DNA of 63,999 nucleotides, the filler included, from Jimgerdemannia flammicorona (Eukaryota), in assembly GCA_003990765.1 (NCBI GenBank). It is 3 parts of 3 records of this genome, joined end to end, with 100 filler letters (N's around TTAATTAATTAA, not from the genome) between each part and the next. Parts side by side here need not be neighbours in the genome. Positions count along the whole stretch, not along the records: positions 43,306 to 63,999 come from RBNJ01001607.1; 2 more parts are not named here. One strand, given 5' to 3'. Positions 60,063 to 63,999 of the stretch are shown piece by piece. The notes below the pieces were generated by a model that made no database searches, was not told the origin of the DNA, and saw nothing but the letters and a program-made list of their open reading frames with translations. Positions within the stretch are counted from its first letter, which is position 1. Each line of letters begins with the position of its first letter. A program made the position numbers and the translations under genes.

Positions 60063-62196
60063 CACTTTGCCTATACTAGTATATTAGGTGTGGCAGGAGT
60101 CTGGCAATAGTTTACAATAAGTTTCATCAAAATTCATCAAGTTTTTATCTGATGGCGACCTAAGGTTCATAAAGCTCTGAGTACTTGGAGAGGAAGAGGC
60201 CTGGCCTGGACCACTCCAAGAGTTTTGCAGTGGTGGCAGGGACTGGTGCTGCTGCTGGTGGGACAGGTGGTCAGGGGAGATCTGCTGAAATCAAAAACTG
60301 ATATACTGTAGTGTGGGGCAGAAGAGCTACTGCTAGAATAGAAGTAGGGCAGGGGAGATATAGTGTTGACAGGAAGAGGAGTCAGGTGACTGGTCAGGTG
60401 ACTGGTCAGGTGTCTGGCAGGAGACAGGAGTTAAGTAGTATAATAGCTGGGACTGGGACAACTAACATTTTCTCTTTGAATGTGAATGGGTTGAGGGGAT
60501 CTGGACAGTGTACGAACATTTTTACCTAACTCAAGAGATTAGAGGCTGATCTCTTTTTACTACAGGATGTTAGGTGTGAGGATGAGGATGATTGGGTGAA
60601 GTGGACTAAGGAATGGGGTGGGGCTACTGCTTGGTTTGAAAAAGTGGCAATTCTGGTGAGGAAGGGTAGAGAAGACTTAGGGGAAATCAGAAGCTCGGGT
60701 GACTGCTTGGTCTGGGGAGATTGGCAGTGGCCAGAGTGGGAGTCAGTGAGGGTTGGCTCTTACTACTGCCCTGTGATTAGGGGTGAGAGGATTGCATGGA
60801 TTGAGGAGCTGCTAGAGGAGGGTGTTCTCTTGGCAGAAGGGGTTGATGTGCTTGGGGGGGACTTTAATATGGTTTGGGATCAGCATCTGGACCACCCTGA
60901 TAGTGGGAGGAGTATAGGAGGGAGAAGTGGAGGTCTGGATGCATGGGAGGAGGTGGAGAGGCTGAGCTCCTTAGGAGATATAGATAGAACATGATGGGGC
61001 AATGCCAGGGTCTACATACATTGGGTGAATGGCTTAGGTACAAGGATTGACTGGATTCTGATGGCAGAATGCTGGGGGTCTGATGTCTGGAAGGTATTGG
61101 AGGTGGAATGGTGCCCATGGTCGGATCACTGGGGACTGTTGTGACAGGGGCAGTTTGGGGGGAGTGGAGATGGACCTGGACATTGGCGCCTCAACTCCTC
61201 CCTGCTGGCTGAGAAGGGGTTGTGGGATTTGTGGGTAGAGGACATTCGGGCGAAAGTTTCTCACTAGAGGTGTGAGGGTTTGTCAGTGGGTGTCCGTTGG
61301 ATGAAATTGGAAGAGGCTGCAAGGGTCTATTGGGGAGAGGCTGGGAGAGAAGCTGGGAGATGGAGGAGGAAGTGCACAAGGTATACTTCCAGCAGGCTGA
61401 GGAGATTGCAGATGGATTGGACAGGTATGCTTACTTCTGATGGGTTGGAGGATTGGAGGTTAGCGAGGATTAAATTGGAGATATTGGAACTGCAACAGGT
61501 GCTGTGAGAAGCAGAGGAGGTGCATATACGAGGTATGGCTGCTAGGCTACAGTGGCAGGGGCTTGAGGAGGGTGAGTGGCCTACTAGATATTTATCCCAT
61601 CTGCTCAATGCTAGGAGGGTGTGATATCGGTGGGATGGAGTTCTAGATGCCAATGGGGACATGGTACATGGCACACAATGAATCTTAGGGGTTTTGAAAG
61701 AGAAATGGCAGGGTTTGTGGAGTGAGGATGAAGGGGGTGCTAATGAGGTGGCTATTGAAGACACATTAGGGGAATGGAGGCTGCCACAAGTGGCTGGACT
61801 GGATGATTTGGCCTTGCCAGTGCGAGGTGAGGAGGTCCAGAGTGTCCTTGTGGCAACAAAAACTGAAACAGCACCAGGGGAGGATGGACTACCATGGGAC
61901 TTCTGGAAGAAGATGGTCAAGGTCTCCGGCATTTTGGGAGAGATGACTGCTCTCTGTGATCATGTTCTTCAGAGCAGTGAGTGGGTTGGAGAGCAGGACC
62001 TCGGGCTGGTGGCTTTATTGTACAAAGACAAGGGGAGGAGAGAAGACTGAAAGAACTGGCAACCAATCATGCTTTTGGACATGGACAGGAAGATGGTGAC
62101 TAAGGTGGTTGTTGTAAGGCTGCAGAAGATTGCCCAACAGGTGCTGGGGGAGGAGCAGCAGGACTTTGTTGGAGGCAGACTTATAAGAGATGGGAC
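60063..62196 (+). mobile_element. LINE subfamily B: 5' end and ORF1 start joined directly to ORF2 (APE, start of RT); interrupted at 62196
   Basis: ATGGCGACC 60152..KSFAVVAG; TTNIFSLNVNGLRG from ~60457; NWQPIMLLDMDRK. Confidence 0.8.
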
Positions 62197-62204
62197 CAAC
62201 CCGA

Positions 62205-63999
62205 CATCTTTCTCCAGTAACATTCAGGTTACACAACCCTTTGGCAACACTTTCGACACAGTTTCTGGAGAAAAGCTACTAGTATCATGGCGACCAACGA
62301 GTATCCGGAGGTGCGTACTGGGCAGGGTGGCCCTGGAGCGTTTGACTGGCAGCAAGTGGGGAGAGGCCCCGGCTTGGGGGGAAGTATGAGGGGCCTGCTG
62401 GCAGGGGGCCGTGGTGGACGAGGGGGTGGAGCTGGAGGTCAAGGGTCCAGCAGGGTGAGCTTTGCGGAGAAGGTGAAGGGGGCTCAACAGGGAGCTAGAC
62501 TGGAGAGCTGGCTGAGAGGGGGGAAGGTACTGGTGGCGGCTTCCAGGCAGCAACCACTTGGAGGTACCTCTCTGGAGGGCCATAGGAGTGGAGCTGGGGG
62601 GGTAGCAGCTGGGGCGGGGATGCTGATGGAGGTGTGATGGGTGATCTGGAAAAAAATCTAGATGGGACTGCTGATGGTGAGCTGAGCAGTGGGAAGGGCA
62701 CGAGGCCCGGGGATCTGGTGGATGGTGTAATGGGACTGGCGGTGGCTCCATTACTCAAGAAGTCGATCTCAGCATTCGCAGTCATGCTGTGCTTCAGGGG
62801 CTTAGCAGTAATGGCAAAAATGGTATTGGGGCTTATCGCTAAGCAGGTGGCAGGAGCGGCTTCGGTGAAGTTTCTGAAGGGACTAGAGGGGGTGGAGGTG
62901 GGATTTGAGGAGGTGGAACCGCTGGAGGAGGTGCTGAAGGTTGGGTTAGTGGTTGGGGAGGTGTATGTTCCAATGGCGAGGTGTTTGAAATGGGATCCGA
63001 GGGTGGTCCAACTGCTGGTGAAAGGAGTACCCATGGTGACAGCGATGGAGACAAGGAAGAGAGTGGAGGGTGTCATGGCAGAGTATGGCGAGGTGGTGGA
63101 TATCGGATTCAGGGTCTGAGAAGGGACCGCACTCAGGACTGGGGATGTGGATGTGAGGATTCGGCTGGCTGGGAAAGAGGCTACCAGGAAGACGAGGGAC
63201 TGGCCTTCGGTGTTGGTCTGGGGGGCTTTCCTATGTAAGGTGACGCGGGTGAAAGGGAGTGAAGAAGAGGAGGAAGATTTATTGGAAGCACTGGAGGAGC
63301 TGGATGGGGCGGTGGAATGGCAAGCTAAGGCCTGGAAGACTTTCGAGGAGTCGATGCTCCTGGAGGTGGTGGATGGAAAGAGGATTAGAGTGGACAAGGT
63401 GCAGTGGGAAAGGGCTCAAGGGTGGAAGAAGCAGAAGGATTTGCTGACCAAGCTGGGGGGTGGTCATCAGAAGGATGCGAGCATGAAGATGGGTACAGAA
63501 GGGACTGGAGCGAGTGTCTGGGCTGGTGAGAGGAGTGGGAACAAAGGGGCAGGGTCCGGAAAGACTAAGGAGGTGGAGATTAGAGACCTATATGCTGACG
63601 GTACCTTGAAGATCTGGGACGACGGCTGGGAGAACTCCCCCACCCCTTCCCTTCTAATCAGATGTGGCCTGGCTTCCAGGAACAAGCCTGGGGAGGACGT
63701 GACAATGCTGGGAACCCAGTAGGTGAAATTCAGCATTCCGGAGGCGTTGGATGGGGACCAAGTGGGGGCAGCAGGAGAGGAGGAACTGGTAGATGTCCCA
63801 GAGGTGTGGGATGAGGACGTGAGAGCGGGAGTGGACACCACGATGCTGGATGGAGGGAGGCCGGCGACCCCAGGTGGTAAGGAGGTGGGGAACCTACTTT
63901 GGATGTGCCGGATGATGAATAACCTGGCGGCAGACGAGCTGGGGGAGGTGGACTTGCGTGGGATGGGTGATGAGCACTGGATGAGAATTTTGCAGGGGG
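62205..63999 (+). mobile_element. L1/Tx1-type LINE 5' part (5' UTR, ORF1 from 62287), less decayed, runs off the window
   Basis: CATCTTTCTCCAGTAAC start; colinear with 52122-53915. Confidence 0.93.

Overview
Eukaryotic, almost certainly fungal, repeat-dense DNA with no recognisable host gene. The window is three unrelated contigs (1-21553, 21654-43205, 43306-63999) joined by artificial N/TTAATTAATTAA/N spacers. It consists almost entirely of nested, C>T/G>A-decayed transposons: several Ty3/Gypsy lineages carrying dUTPase, two Ty1/Copia relics, endonuclease-less Penelope-like elements, L1/Tx1-type LINEs, a ~1.2 kb non-autonomous poly(A) retroposon and a hAT transposon. Main candidate for a new system: two diverged dUTPase-encoding Gypsy lineages carry a homologous ~280-320 aa ORF of unknown function inside the U3 part of unusually long LTRs (1.5-2.2 kb). 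The ORF is open at 47516-48490 and is spread through the window by LTR copies, some of them solo. These LTRs share a TATA-AATAAA-TCAGT core and show 4-bp, mostly RYRY, target duplications. All boundaries, alignments and translations were read by eye; no database search was run.
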